Shown: one piece after another, positions 25,542-38,900 of the stretch
How the letters are laid out: the number at the start of each line of letters is the position of its first letter
Numbering within the stretch: position 1 is the first letter of the stretch
Assembly (NCBI GenBank): GCA_000165425.1
Contig: CT868396.1
Location: 394,826 to 433,919 of the forward strand
Source: Paramecium tetraurelia
Lineage: Eukaryota
Length of the DNA stretch: 39,094 nt
Reading direction: 5' to 3'
Notes under the pieces: generated by a model
What the model saw: only the letters and a program-made list of their open reading frames with translations
Databases searched by the model: none
Told to the model about the DNA's origin: nothing
Program-made: the position numbers and the translations under genes

Positions 25542-26713
25542 TCATAATTTTGTTAGTTCAGCAGAAATAAGTTCATTTGGATCATGACTATATCCCTCAA
25601 ATTATGCTTCATAGATCTTAAATGAATACCTTGAATCGAATTACGCCTAAGCATTATATTGTTTTCTTTAGTATCCTACTCTGTATCCTTAGTCGACCCA
25701 TCTGAGCTGCTATAATTATGTGGTAAGTAAGGAGGCTATAATTATCTATTAAGTAATTTATTCCATTCGAATCCATCAAACCACTTATGATTTTTCACTG
25801 CTTCCGGATTGTCAGAGCCTAATCTTTGAGCTGGCTTTCTCTGAATTAACTGAGTTGATAGTTTTAAAGCTTACTTAGTTCGCGAAATCTGCTGCTTCTA
25901 AAGACCATGTGGTTGGAACTTCATTTTTTTTAATTTAAACTTGTTTAGCCAACACATTGTCTCTTATCTCTTGTCTACTTCTTCCAACATAAGGTCTTCT
26001 TCCCATCATGCATTCATAAACAATTACTCCCAATGCGAAATAATCCACTGCAATTCCATGATTCTGTCTGCATAATACTTCTGGAGCCATGTATCCAGGA
26101 GTTCCACTGGTATCAGCAGAATTATCCGGTCTCCAAATTCTTGCTATACCCAAATCAGTCAATCGTAGATAGCCTTCTGAATCAAATACTAAATTTTCAG
26201 GTTTCAAATCCCGATGGATTATTCCTTAAGAGTGGAGATACTCTAAGGCAATTATGATGCAAGCACAAAAAAATTCTAATATTAAAACTGATGTTACTAG
26301 TTTCTGCTTCTGAAAACTTTTTATTCTTTCCAATATGATACCGAAGATCTCCTCCACTTAATAAATCCATAACTAAGTATAAATTCTCTCTGTCTTGAAA
26401 TGCACCAACCAGGTTTATTAATGATGGATGTCTCAGTTAACACAAAAGTGCTCTTTCATTCATAACTGAAGTTACACTTTTCTTCCCAATAATTCTATGA
26501 GTCACAATTTTATATACTTTGCCTTTGACATCATCTTCAATGCAAAATAACTTTTGTTTTTTCTTCTCTTCACTTTCCACACTTTTCCAAATCCTCCTTT
26601 TCCTAAAACCTCTATAAACTCAAAATTATTGACAGAAAGATCTAGGATATATCAATCTAAGTACTTTATGATTCTGAAAACTCTTTTTTGTCAGTAATGT
26701 TACAATTACCCAT
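25542..26713 (-). CDS. AGC-group Ser/Thr protein kinase with MGNC acylation-type N-terminus
   Basis: LGKGGFGKVW, FALKMMSK, IHRDLKPEN, DLG, GTPGYMAPE, DYFALG and C-terminal PPYLP..FEGYS. Several tiny introns. Confidence 0.95.
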
Positions 26714-27872
26714 TATTTAATTAATTTTAAGTAATAACTCAATTAAACAATTTTCAACTCTTGTTCGACTAACTCATAATTATTATCTATGCTTAATATA
26801 TCATTATGACAATACTAAAATAATAATCCATTACAGCGTCAATCAATTATTGTTGTTATTCTTCATGAAATGTATGTGCTTGAAAAATTAGTTATTTGCA
26901 TTTTAAGTTAAATAAAATCTATTTATTTAATTTGGTCTTAGCATTCTATAGCCCATTAATTAAGAATAGAGAGTTATCAAATTTATTGTTGTTAAATATC
27001 CTTTCTATTATTTGGCTATTATCAATTTCTTATAAGCTAGTTTCTAATTCATCAAATCTTATAAAGTGTATTTATCCTATTTACTTTTAATTATATTGTT
27101 AATATTTTCCATATAATTTGGATATTTATTTTATAAGTTAATCTAAATATAATGGTGATGTGATTGTGAAAATTAGCAGTGAAGTTTAAACTAAAAATGT
27201 CATAAAATTTTAGTATTAAAGTAATATATATGTTAAGTATAAAAATAATTACCAATTTTATATTAAATAGCATTTAAACCTAAGTATATCTTAATATTGA
27301 TTATAGATTCTTATTATATTAGTATTATATTCCAAAATGCTTGTATCTTAAAGATTTATAAGACAATAAATCAAAAAAACAATATATATATTATCCTGAA
27401 TTTAAATTCCAAATGTGTAAGGTAATTCTTCTCGCTAGAAATAAGTGGGTTTCCCTTTCGATCTTGTTTGTTATTTTCAAGTTAGATACTCCATATTAAT
27501 TGGTGAAATATCTTTATTTATCAATATATTGTAAGAATCAAGATCGGACAAAAATTGTTTCTTGACTAAATATATTATGTTATTTTAAAATATATAGTAT
27601 TAGTTCTTCAGAATAGATAAAAGTAGTAATACTAGATCTAAGAATTATTATGCACTTTTGTGAGAATATTAATAATTAAAGTAAGTTAATATCAAATAAA
27701 CAAAAAAAGTGTTTGATAAATAACTTTTTCTATCAATTGATTATCTACTTATTTATATATAAAATAAGAACTATGATATGACGTCTAATTGGAAGTGCCT
27801 CTAATCGTTTTAGAATAATGTGAAAAACGGATAAATTAAATAAAAACGAAAACTAAACAAAAAAAACAATAG

Positions 27873-29732
27873 ATGTCGAGAGGTTAAATAATAAAATATG
27901 AGGTAGATATGTATGAAGGCAAATCGAAAAGAAAGAGCGACAAACGCAAACTTAATCAACAGTCTCCGATCGCTGATTATGAAAATGATAAAAAAAAGGT
28001 GGGCAGATGGACGCCTGAAGAGGATGAGAAGCTTTAAAAATTGATTGAAGGTTTTCTAATGAAATTTATTTGTAGAATACGGAGAAAAGAGTTGGCGAAT
28101 CATAAGTGACATGATGGAAGGTAGGAGTGCAATACAATGTCTGCACAGATGGACCAAAATACTCAAACCGGGACTGAAGAAAGGTACTTATGGCGTGTTT
28201 ATAATTTAGGGCCTTGGTAAGATGATGAGGATGAAAAGCTATTAGAATGGGTTAAGAATAATGGGCCTTGTAAATGGTCTTTGTGCGCTGAAAATATTGC
28301 AGGGAGGTCGGGAAAGCAATGCAGAGAACGATGGTTCAATAATCTCAATCCTAATGTTAAAAAAGGAGGCTGGACATCTGGTTTTTATCTAATAACTATT
28401 CCTAGAGGAGGATCATGAGATATTTAAAGGTTATCTACAGTATTCGTCATCTTGGTCAAAAATTGCGAAGAACTTATCAGGCAGAACTGAAAATTCGGTG
28501 AAGAACAGGTTTTATTCTACAGTTAGAAAATTATTGGCTGATTAAGAAAAAAATGGGATATCACTTAAGGTACATACCCATTTTATTTATTTTAGATGCT
28601 CGAGGCACAAGGAGAAAATGGCACTTCAGCTTTACAGACCTTTGTAAAAGAGCATCTATAAAAATACGAACAGCAAATGTAATTGTAAATGGAATAAGAG
28701 GAACCTGAATCTGATAAATCTATGCAAGAGGAGAAAGTGGAAGAATCTGAAATTAAATCCGAAGATGATGATGATAGTAAATCACGAAAGAAAATGCAGG
28801 CAGAAACATATTAAGAATAAAATCTACTTTATAGGTTACTTAAACAATAAGGAGGACCTATTAAACGCACTTCATGTATGAAGGATTATTCTACCATTTA
28901 TAAAAAATATAAAAAAAGGTATAACTAGAAGAAAAAAGATAAAAAATTGTCTGATAAAGTAGAGAACCTTAGAAAAATGATACTAAAAAAGGATGACTAT
29001 AAAAATTCATCTGAAGAAAAGGAATTAGATTTCTAATAAAATCTTGAATAATAATTAGCTAATTTTTCTCAATAAAAAATAGATGCTCAATCCCAAAATG
29101 GGGATTCCGATAAAATGAATGAATTCTAAGAAAAATTATTGGCATTCTTTAATTAACAATTAAATGAAGTAATGAAAAAATTTTATGTTGAAATGGGTGA
29201 TCCTAAATAAGCCAAATGGCAAATGATTCTCGCTTCTGATGACAATAAAATCTAATAACAATAATAATAATAATAGCAATAATAATAACAATAATAATAA
29301 TAATAATAATAATAGCAATAATAACAATAATAATAATAATAACAATAGTTGCAAGAAAATAAAAAAAAAACTAAAAGGCAAATTGCAAAGAGTGTTAAAG
29401 TCAAAGAGGAAGAAGATGAGCAAAAATAAATGGTTATGAATACATTTCTGTAAAAATTTAATCATCTAGGTTAAATTGGAATTACTCAATTAGGGTATTA
29501 TTGTTAAATAACTTTTAGAGCCAATGTAAATGAAGGTAAAAATGAAACTGAAAATTAGATGGTTTAGGATGGTAAAATAGATCAAAAAATGATGTTCCTT
29601 ATTAGTTAATTGCATACGTTAGAGAATATGTTAGGTGATACAAAAAAGGAATTCAGCAGATTAGAGGCTAGTCTCTATGAAAAAATCAACAATACTTCAT
29701 TTCACTCTAATAATTCGAGTGAAAAGAACTGA
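27873..29732 (+). CDS. Three-repeat (R1R2R3) Myb transcription factor with polyQ tract
   Basis: GRWTPEEDEKL..GRSAIQCLHRW, KGPWQDDEDEKL..GRSGKQCRERWFNNLNP and KGGWTSEED..WSKIAKNLSGRTENSVKNRFYS. Five tiny introns (two start GTT); TGA 29730-29732. Confidence 0.95.
29253..29348 (+). repeat. TAA/CAA/TAG trinucleotide tract encoding 32 Gln in the Myb gene
   Basis: In-frame run between ATC (29250) and TTG CAA GAA. The polyN and polyL ORF-track entries are shadow frames of it. Confidence 0.9.
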
Positions 29733-30256
29733 TACTTAATAATTGTTATTTAATTTCTTTGATTTTGTGTCAGCCATATAAAAAAAATAAATATTCTCTT
29801 TTCTACTTGACCCAATTCAAAAACCTTTAATTTAAGGAAATTCTTAATTAGCAAAAATAACTGGTTGCAATTTTTATCATATTCTTTAAAAATAAATCAA
29901 TCCAAATTAGCATCATTAAGCTAATTTCTATTCAAATATACTCCGTTTTCTTGGCTGATATATTACAATATTTCATCGATTAGCAGCAATACATTTAGGG
30001 CTCTATTAAGACAAAAAGCAAGTTTCTTTTAAAAATAAAAGAAGTTTTTTATTAAAGAGGTGTTGTGATTTTGAGAATAGACTATTTTGAGGTAACTATA
30101 ATAAAGAATTTAGACAATACTAAAAACAATGGTTTAGTTATTTTTAGATTTATGAAAGAAAAGTATTTAAAGTTGTTTAAATAATAACAAAAACATAATT
30201 TTTGTTCATTATTTAGATCCTTTGATCAATTGAAACGAAATTAATCTTCTAGAACT

Positions 30257-31193
30257 TCAAACTGATTGTTTTGGAGCTTTCTAGTGATTCATGCCTTTGT
30301 TTTTAGTAATCTTTTTGTTTATTTGTTTATTTCGTATTTTACTTTCAGAATCTTGTTTTTATTCTTTATCTATTTCAATTTCTTAAGCTTGTAGTATTTT
30401 ATTATGTATGAATTAGGATAGCTGAAGAATTTTATTTGTAAATTAGATTTTCTTTTCTTGGCTATAAGCAACTATGGCTAAAGCAAGTTCGATGTGAGAA
30501 TGTTTGTAAATGTCAACATCTGCAATAGTTTTAAATGTATACCTAGGAGAATGAACAGTAATAAACTTTAGATATTTTCATTTATTTCTATATTCATTGC
30601 CATTAAATAATCTGATGAAGTAATGTAATTTAGCTGAAACCCCATAACTTTAATTATTTACTCCTCCATTTCATCATACTCTCCATTCTAATACAGATTC
30701 TAACCATCAGAATCGTACAGTTTAATCTACGACACCATTTCTGTTTCATTAAACTAAATGTTATTTCCATTTTTACTTTAGATGCTAAAGAATAGGCTGA
30801 AATTCCCAATAACTATAGATATTATTAGGTTATATTAAAACAATTAAGATAAGTATCAATGTATATGACTGCAAGTTCGATGGTTTTTAGAGAATGTCTG
30901 AATTGAGAAGATTACTAATTATATGTGAATATAGATACTGCCACAATCCATTAAACGAGAATATCTCTTCTGCATATGCCTTATGAATCACTCAAGTAAA
31001 ATTCATTCAACTTGTTTATTGGTTTAGACTAAGAAATTTAAAAATACAGATACTTTTTCCCTAATTATTAAATCTCTTATTTGAGAAATATAAGGCATTC
31101 TGATTTATTATCTAAATAATAATAATAAATCTAAGGACACTTAGAATTCAAATTTATAGATAAATATTGTGGTGTATCTGAACAATTTATCAT
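30257..31193 (-). CDS. Divergent cyclin (cyclin N-terminal box)
   Basis: RRDILVQWIVAQSSQFRHSLKTIELAVIYIDTYL..LQLLGISAYSLASKFNE..EMEEQIIKVMGFQLNYIT. Five tiny introns; start codon tentative. Confidence 0.88.
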
Positions 31194-32418
31194 ATCAAAA
31201 AGGAAATTTAAATGTTCCAGAACAAAATAATAATTAAATATATTCTAATCTTTACATGATTCTCTATGAGCTTCTAGGTTGTTTCTTGTTGTAAGATTTA
31301 TAATTAAGCTCTTAAATCATCTTCTATATGTAAAAATCCCTATTGAGATGACATACAACCTCCTTTAATGGTAAATATAATTAAAAAACTAAATCAAGCT
31401 AATATTATTATTAGTAAAATATTTCAGAAATTAATTAATGCCATATTTCCTTAATTTTTGTTTTAAAAAGTAACAATAATTCTTGAACTGATCAAGATAC
31501 AACATGGAGGAAGGTAAATTGCTTTTAAAACTGCAATGAGTCTTACGAAGATTATTAAATAAACTCTTTTTTTATCATTATATATTAGAATTATAATTTA
31601 ATCCTTACAACTTTGATTTGAAAAACTATGTTTACTTTTAGATTTTTTCATCTAAAATTTGCAATTTTAAGAAAATAATAAGGCATTCGCCTCGGATATG
31701 TCAATATCCAAGTCTTAGAAAACAATTCGGAATTTTAGAAAGTAAAATTATTTCTTTAGTAAAATAATAAATTAAAATTCAATATTTTTGTTTGTTCTCA
31801 TAGATTTCATTTTTAATGACTATTCTATTTTATAAAAAAATGCTAATTAAAAGTTATCAGTTAACTACCTTGTTATTATTATTGTAAAAATTAATTCATT
31901 TATTATTTAAAGCTTCCTTAGTCTCTAAGTTTAACTATTTTCTATTTCTTTCTTTCAAAAATTAGTTCCACTGTACAGCTACTATTTTCGGATGACGACA
32001 TACTAAAATTCAAATCAAAAGAAAAATGAATAATTCAACGAATAAAAATAAATCAAAATAATAATTGTAATTAGCATTAGTATTTATATTTATATTCATT
32101 TAGTTTATTGATATTACTGGTTTACAGGCCCAATATTATATCTCTATCTTACTTTTGCTTTTATTGTAATATCATTGATTACATTTCTTTTAAGATACAT
32201 AAGAGGAGGAGAGCACAAATAATAAATTTAACATTTCTTATTATTTTTTACTTTTATTTATATATTGAAAATAATAACAAAATATCATTATCTATCTACT
32301 GCATTTGAAAATAAATGACCATAAATTTGAAGGAAATACAACTATATAGCCCTTATATCTTTTAATAGATAAATTAGAATCAAAAGATAATCATTTTAAT
32401 AAAAAATAAGCATGAGAA

Positions 32419-33241
32419 TCATTGATTCGATATACTGTTAATTTTTTAATGCAAGATTTTCTATCTGATACAATTTATTCTAGCTGTTAAATTTTCGAGA
32501 TTTTTTTCATCTATCATTTAAGGTACATATTTATATTTTTATTAAGTAATGATTCTCTCTGTTTTGAAAGCTTTCTCTAAAATCTCTTATGGAACTGGCG
32601 ATCCTTTATTGGGTGAAAGTTTTTGCCTAATACCAGGTTAGGCTGTGGAGGCTTCGGTTCTACTGAATTTGTGCTGGGATAATCTATTGCTATTTGAAAT
32701 TTATTAATCCATAAAAACGAGCATGGGTTATCTTTTTAAGATTTCTTAGGGTTGATAATATCCCAAAGGAGGAATATAATTTTCTGTTTTCTATTTTTTT
32801 CCAAGTCTTGGCGAATTGCAAATGTTTGTTGTAAACTTTCTTACAATTCCATCATTAAATTACAACTTTTAGTTTAATCCTGTGAGTGGTTTTTAAACTT
32901 AGATCTCTGTTTCAATATTTAATTAAAATTTTTTATCTAGCTTACGTAAATTAGTTAAGCTACACCAATCAGAATTTCCATGAGTTGAGTAAATCTCTTT
33001 AAGAAATCTCACTTTTTTGTTTCTATCATATATAAATAATGATCTAATACATAGAAGATGTTTTGGAAGTATTTGATGTAGTTCTATCAAAAATATGTTC
33101 GCTTTTTTTTTTATTTGCTCTTGAAAAACTTCTTTTTGTCAAACCCTTGAGATTTCCAAGCTCGTCTCTTTCATCTTTAAAAGGAATGAAACCAGTGCCT
33201 TCTTGCTCAGCTTTTTCCTATAAAAAATTTAATGCTTTCAT
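32419..33241 (-). CDS. Basic hypothetical protein (1 intron) with one PPLGYYQP motif reminiscent of SHIPPO/PGP axonemal repeats
   Basis: MKALNFLQEKAEQEGTGFIPF.., a 28-nt intron, ..YIPPLGYYQPQ.., stop 32419-32421. Confidence 0.78.
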
Positions 33242-33756
33242 TTAATTTATTTATAAACATTAGTAAATACAATTTATCTAAATAATATATCTTTGATCAA
33301 ATCAAAGATGGATTATCGTTCTTATGAGTTGCAATAAAGATCAAATAGTAGGTAATTTGTTGTTTTAAATGAGTAAGGGTAAATACGAAATAAAATCTAA
33401 ATAAAGAATTTATAATTCATATTAATATAGATATTGTGGGGGAAAAGCCATTTTCATAAATTTTGGCTGTGTTTTTATGAGTATTCGAAACCTTTTTTAT
33501 TATTTTACTAATTGATTTAATTCTCAAAGAATATAATTAAACTATATCATATCTTAATTCAAATGAAGTGCAATAAAGAATATCAAAATTTCTTGTTAAT
33601 GGGTTGATGATTGAAATTCTAATTCTCAGAAGAGTCTTATAGAAGTATATTATAATTTAATTAGATTGAGAAGGTTAATCAGTAAATAAGTAAAACTTAA
33701 TTAAAACTTTTGAATTGATTAAATACTTTATATAATAAATATAAAATATTTTGAAA

Positions 33757-35873
33757 ATGTAATAGGAATTGGCTTAACCAATATTGTTTATCGATATTGA
33801 TGAGGATGGGAAATTTCTGATGTCTAAAAAGGCTGTTCAATTTATCTAAGCTATTGAAACTAATATCGCCATAATTTCAATTGTGGGCTAATATAGGACA
33901 GGAAAGTCTTATTTGCTAAATAGATTTGCTGGATAGTAAACTGGGTTCACTTTAGGATCAAGCACCAATCCTTGCACCAAAGGAATCTGGATTTGGGGCA
34001 AAAGAGTGGAATCAGACAATCTTACAATTCTTCTTCTAGATACAGAAGGATTGAGTAATATTTTTAAAGTAAATCACAGATTCCTATGAAAGAGACTAAA
34101 ATAATGATGCTAGGTTGCTTGTTCTCGCGTGTTTGATTAGTTCTAATTTGCTTTACAATGTGATGTAAGTAATTGATGAGAAATCTCTGGAAACACTTTC
34201 ATTCACCACTAATATTAGTAAGCATCTATTGGGAGATGATGAATTCATAACTCAATATCTCCCATCGCTCACTTGGGTAATTAGAGATTTTGGCCTTGAT
34301 TTGTAAGGTTCGACTCCAAACACTTACTTGGAGGAATGTCTTGATGAATAACAGGGTTTTGCTGATGAATTTAAGCAAAGGAATTAAATTAGATAGGCTA
34401 TAACCAAATATTTCAAACGAAGAAATTGTTACACTTTAGTTAGACCGGTGGCAGATGAAAGGCAATTAAGAGAGCTAGATAAAGTGGTTTATTCTGAATT
34501 AAGATATGAGTTTAAAATCTAATTAAACCAACTTATCCAGAATACTTTGTTGGATATTCAACCAAAAATGTACAAAAATACTCCTCTTAATGGAAAAAGA
34601 CTAATTGAATTAGTCACCCAATACGTAACTACAATAAATAATGGGAGTGTGCCCAATATTGAGAATGTTTGGGATAGGATTCTATCAAAGGAGTTCAATA
34701 AAATGATGGAAAAAGCAAAAGAGATTTTATCATCTGATATATCACTTCCTACAACTTATGAATTGCTATTTTCTAATTTGCATTAGATTAGTACAAAAGC
34801 TCAAGAGTCAATTTTACATTATCACATAGCTCCTGATAGGTAGATTGAAGGAATAGTCTAATTGAGCAAATAAATAACTGAGAAGTCTCAAGTGTTATTT
34901 TAAGAAAACTACATCAAATCCAAGAGAACAAACTAAGTGATTTCAAAGTATTGTATTTATTAGACTTTAGTAAAATGTATGACATCTTAAATTAACTTTC
35001 GGAATAGGGAAAATTAGTTAATGTGTAGCATATCATTGCTCAAGTTAACAATATTAAAAAAGTAAGGAAATATTATTATGAATTTAGATATACTTTTAAG
35101 AAGCAAAACCTCCCTCTAATTATGAATGCTATGTGCAATTTCTGGAGTTGGTTATGCAAATTATTGAAAAAGTGGCTAATACTATGCAAATGAATTTTTA
35201 GAGAAAGGAAGAAGATTATAAACAGGAAGTTAATGTTTTGAAAAGCCAAATAAATACCTTATAGGAGATTTTAAAAAATGAGAAAGAGAATCTACATAGA
35301 CAATTGGATTAAGTTAAAACAACTTTATAAGAGGAAAGGATTATGTACGAAAAGAAACTATTAGAATTGGATAACTCTGGAGGAATTGAATTTAGGAAAG
35401 GGGAATTGTTTGAAAATCCTGATTTATTTATGAAAAAGGAATTAAAGAATCAGTAATTATAATCATAGCAGACTTTTAATTTAACTTTAAAAGATATTAA
35501 TTAAAAATTCATGGATTTAAAGGAAAAATTAGATGATATTTATGAAGCAAGAGTAGAGATAGAAAGAGATAAAATATATAATAAGGCGATGTATGATTGC
35601 AAAGAATAAAATTAAGCCTAAATTGACAGAATTAAATTGACTTATGAAGGTGAAGTTAAGATTTTGAAAGAAGATCGATAACGATTATAAGAATAAAGAG
35701 AGCTTTTATAAATATAATTAACACAAAAAGATTGTGAATTCTAAATCTTAAAAGAGAGACTAAAATAAATTGAAAAACAAAAGACTAAAGATATTGAACA
35801 TGCAGACATGCTATGTAAAATAAGTGATTAGCTAGTTAAAGCTTTAAAAAAGTTAGAGAAAAAAAAACTATGA
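33757..35873 (+). CDS. Guanylate-binding protein (GBP/atlastin-family large GTPase) with coiled-coil tail
   Basis: P-loop SIVGQYRTGKSYLLN, CTKGIWIW, LLDTEGL and WVIRDF. Tiny introns; TGA 35871-35873. Confidence 0.95.
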
Positions 35874-35945
35874 TTTATCAATTATTTTAATCGATTTGGC
35901 TATTGAAATATCAATATATATGCTTAACAAAATAAAATTAATTGA

Positions 35946-37785
35946 TCATCCCATTATTAATTTGATTTTATATTGCTATTGCTTATTGATAACATAACTC
36001 TTTTATTCAGTATCCTCAAACTAATAGGAGAATTCTGTATCATTTTTTAATTCCTCAATTTTATAAAATTTATTGAGAGCTTCATAAAAAGCTTCATGAA
36101 AATAGATGTTTCCTACAAAGGTCTTAATCGGATTAAAACCACAAAAGGCACATTTACATAATATTAGCCCATAATTTTCGTAATCAAAATTTATTTTCTT
36201 TAATTCTTCATAAAATGATGTAAAATCAACAATATTTCTATCTGGACATTTTTAGAGAATTAAAGGTTATTTAATTTTCTAATTTGGATTAACTAAACAA
36301 AAAAGTTGTCTAAATAAAACCTTTTTGTCTTGTAACCCTGCAACGTAAGTTTCTCTTTTGATCTTTTATCTATCCAGAAATTCTTAGAAAATATATTATT
36401 CTCCTTAATATTCAAAAATATTTGTTCCATTAACATAAGACATGTCCTTAAACATGAATGAAAGCATGTTTGAATCTAAATATATGTAATTTTAAATCTT
36501 CATGCTAAGGGTTTATTTACTTAATTAGTGTTTACATAATGGACAGGAAAAAGCTTTTGTTGGAAACATTTTTATTTAATAATTAAATTCTGCTATATAA
36601 CTCCTCATATCGATACAAACCTCCAGATTTTTACAACTTTTACATCTTACTGGATATTCTATTGTAAGTTCAGTGAATTTATCTTTCATATTCACAGTAT
36701 AATTTCTGTATCTATATAATGCCACTTATTTGCTTAATTTCTAATCTTCTTATAAGAGATCTCCTTGACTTACTTGTATTGCCTGTTATGAAATTAATTT
36801 TTGGAAATCTTAGAATTACATTTTATTTTATAAATCAGGATGTTGTTCATAAAATTTGTAAATAAATGGATCAACTAACCTGCCCTATACTAAATTTATA
36901 TCTTCTTCAATTATTTGATTATAGTAATTATATTTAAATTTGTATGAACTGGGGTTACTTATTTTGATTGCAGTTAATAACTCCTAATCTACACGAATGC
37001 CAGAAAATAATATTTAGACATCAAGAATTTTCTCTTATTCCTCCATTTCTGGAGTATTATATTACTTAGTATAGTCCTTGTGAGCAATTCTCAATCGATT
37101 TGAACACCCTGGTTGCTTACATTCCAGGAATTCTTTTTTTTTTCTGTTTTATTCCTAATAGAATAGTAAACTGGTTAATTCATAACATTCATAATGTTTG
37201 CATCCCAATATTCTCACAGGGATATTTATGTTCACTTTGTCTTACAAACAAAAACTCCAAAAATTAATTTTTTGTTATTTGTTTGAATTCTATTATTATA
37301 AGTCTTTTTAAATCAATGTTGATATTGAACTGTCTTTGGAAACTCTGTCAAACATTTATTTAAATTGAGTTATGTATTCAGTCTAGGTGAAAAACTCCTA
37401 ATATCTCCTTTTATTTCTTGTGTATTGATTAACCACAATCCCTGCAATTATTGTTACATCCTTTGTATATTCGTTAAATTCTTTATAAGCATTAACTCTC
37501 CAATCATAAACTAAATCATTTGGACTATATGCTAAACTAGTACACTGTGGACATTGATAAAAATTATGGTCCCAAATTTCTTCTAACGCCTCTTCCATTT
37601 CGAAGCAAAAATTGTGATGTATACAACCTTTAGTTAAAGCCTATTATATAAAATAATCGTACTGGATTTGCATATCTAACATTGGTGTAGGGATTCAATA
37701 ATGAAACTGTATCAAAGACAACAGAATCTAATCGTTTGATATTTGATTGACTTTAAACCACTCCAACATTAAAAAATTTTCGCAT
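35946..37785 (-). CDS. Protein with four tandem divergent SP-RING (zf-MIZ/Nse2)-like domains, about 605 aa, 1 intron
   Basis: ATG 37785, one 22-nt intron (gtacgattattttatataatag), TGA 35946-35948; spliced length 1818 nt. Four blocks fit the pattern S/N-L-x-(C)..P-x-R/L-xxx-C-x-(H)..(C)-F/Y/I-D/E..CxxC. Confidence 0.82.
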
Positions 37786-38379
37786 TTATTTTATTAAAAA
37801 TGAGTCAATATATATGTATTTATTTAAATTCGCAACCTAAATTGTCTACAATTAACTGTGGTTGCATAAAGGGCATTAATATTTATATACATTTTTATTC
37901 AGCTTCTTTTTTAAAAAGAAATCAAAGACATACGTTTTTAAATCTAACGATTTATTCAAGTCTGTGCAATATTTGCATCTGGTGGGAATTTCGAATGGCA
38001 ATTATGTTATTTAATCAATCATTGATATTGATTATGAAGATTAGCAGTTTTTTATTAGCTTTTTCTTTAACACTTCATCTTCTTGCATTAGATTATTTTG
38101 TAAAATCGGAGAAAAGAACTATTCAAGGTTCTAACATTACAATTCGTCTAATTCTATTCTCTATTAGCTGTATTTATTCTAGAATTCATCAAAAAGTTCC
38201 CTTATCGAACTCTAAATTTGAGGTTCAAGGGATTAAGTTTATTTATTATATTTTATTTTTATTGAAATCCTATTACTCTTTTTGATCATTTTAAGAAGTT
38301 ATACATCAATATAAATTTAGCTAAAGAATGTATCTAAACTTGAGATGTCTAACTTCTGACCACATTTTTTATGATTACA

Positions 38380-38900
38380 TTTAAAAGTTTTTGGATTCAG
38401 CGAATTATTATTTTGAAGATGTAATAGACTTGTTAATTCATAGCACTCTAAATGAGTACATCCTCTTATTCTTACTGGTATATTAATTTATACATTATCT
38501 AGAAGACAGAAACCTAAAAATTCTATATTCCCATTATATGATTTGCTAGAATAATCGAATATTTCATTTTTCTAATATGATTTCAAAAACCAGTCTCGTA
38601 TCTAGACATTATAAAAGGGTTTTAAGTATATATCCTTTCTCCAATAATAGTTTATTAATATTCCATTAATGATATGAATGGTATCAACAGATTTATGAAA
38701 TTCTTAATACGCATGATATCTAACATCCCAAACTAGATCAGCAATAGTATTTGCAGACTATTTACAAATTTCGCAAATAAAATTAGAATGATTATTGAAT
38801 TATTTCACTACCTCATCTAATTCAAAGCAATCTCTAACATGTTAACAATATTTTATTTAGACCTAAATTAAAATTATTCTTACAGGATTGATATATTATT
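38380..38900 (+). pseudogene. Probable decayed gene relic
   Basis: Two well-formed 25-nt GTA..TAG intron-like segments (about 38478-38502 and 38626-38650) flanked by coding-like sequence, but splicing gives a frameshift and in-frame TGAs. Confidence 0.4.

Noticed and set aside
27820..27835. AACGG (MSA-like Myb site) just upstream of the 3R-Myb gene, suggesting autoregulation
   Set aside because: A single 5-mer without the flanking consensus is expected by chance.
29160..29465. PolyL and polyN ORFs in the track
   Set aside because: Antisense and off-frame readings of the Myb polyQ tract.
27873..31193. 3R-Myb and cyclin adjacency as a cell-cycle gene cluster
   Set aside because: They are convergent with no shared promoter, and both families are large in ciliates, so adjacency alone is not evidence.
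37800..38285. 161-aa standard-code ORF
   Set aside because: No TAA/TAG codons (atypical for real genes here), a non-ATG start and no motif. More likely chance within a decayed region.
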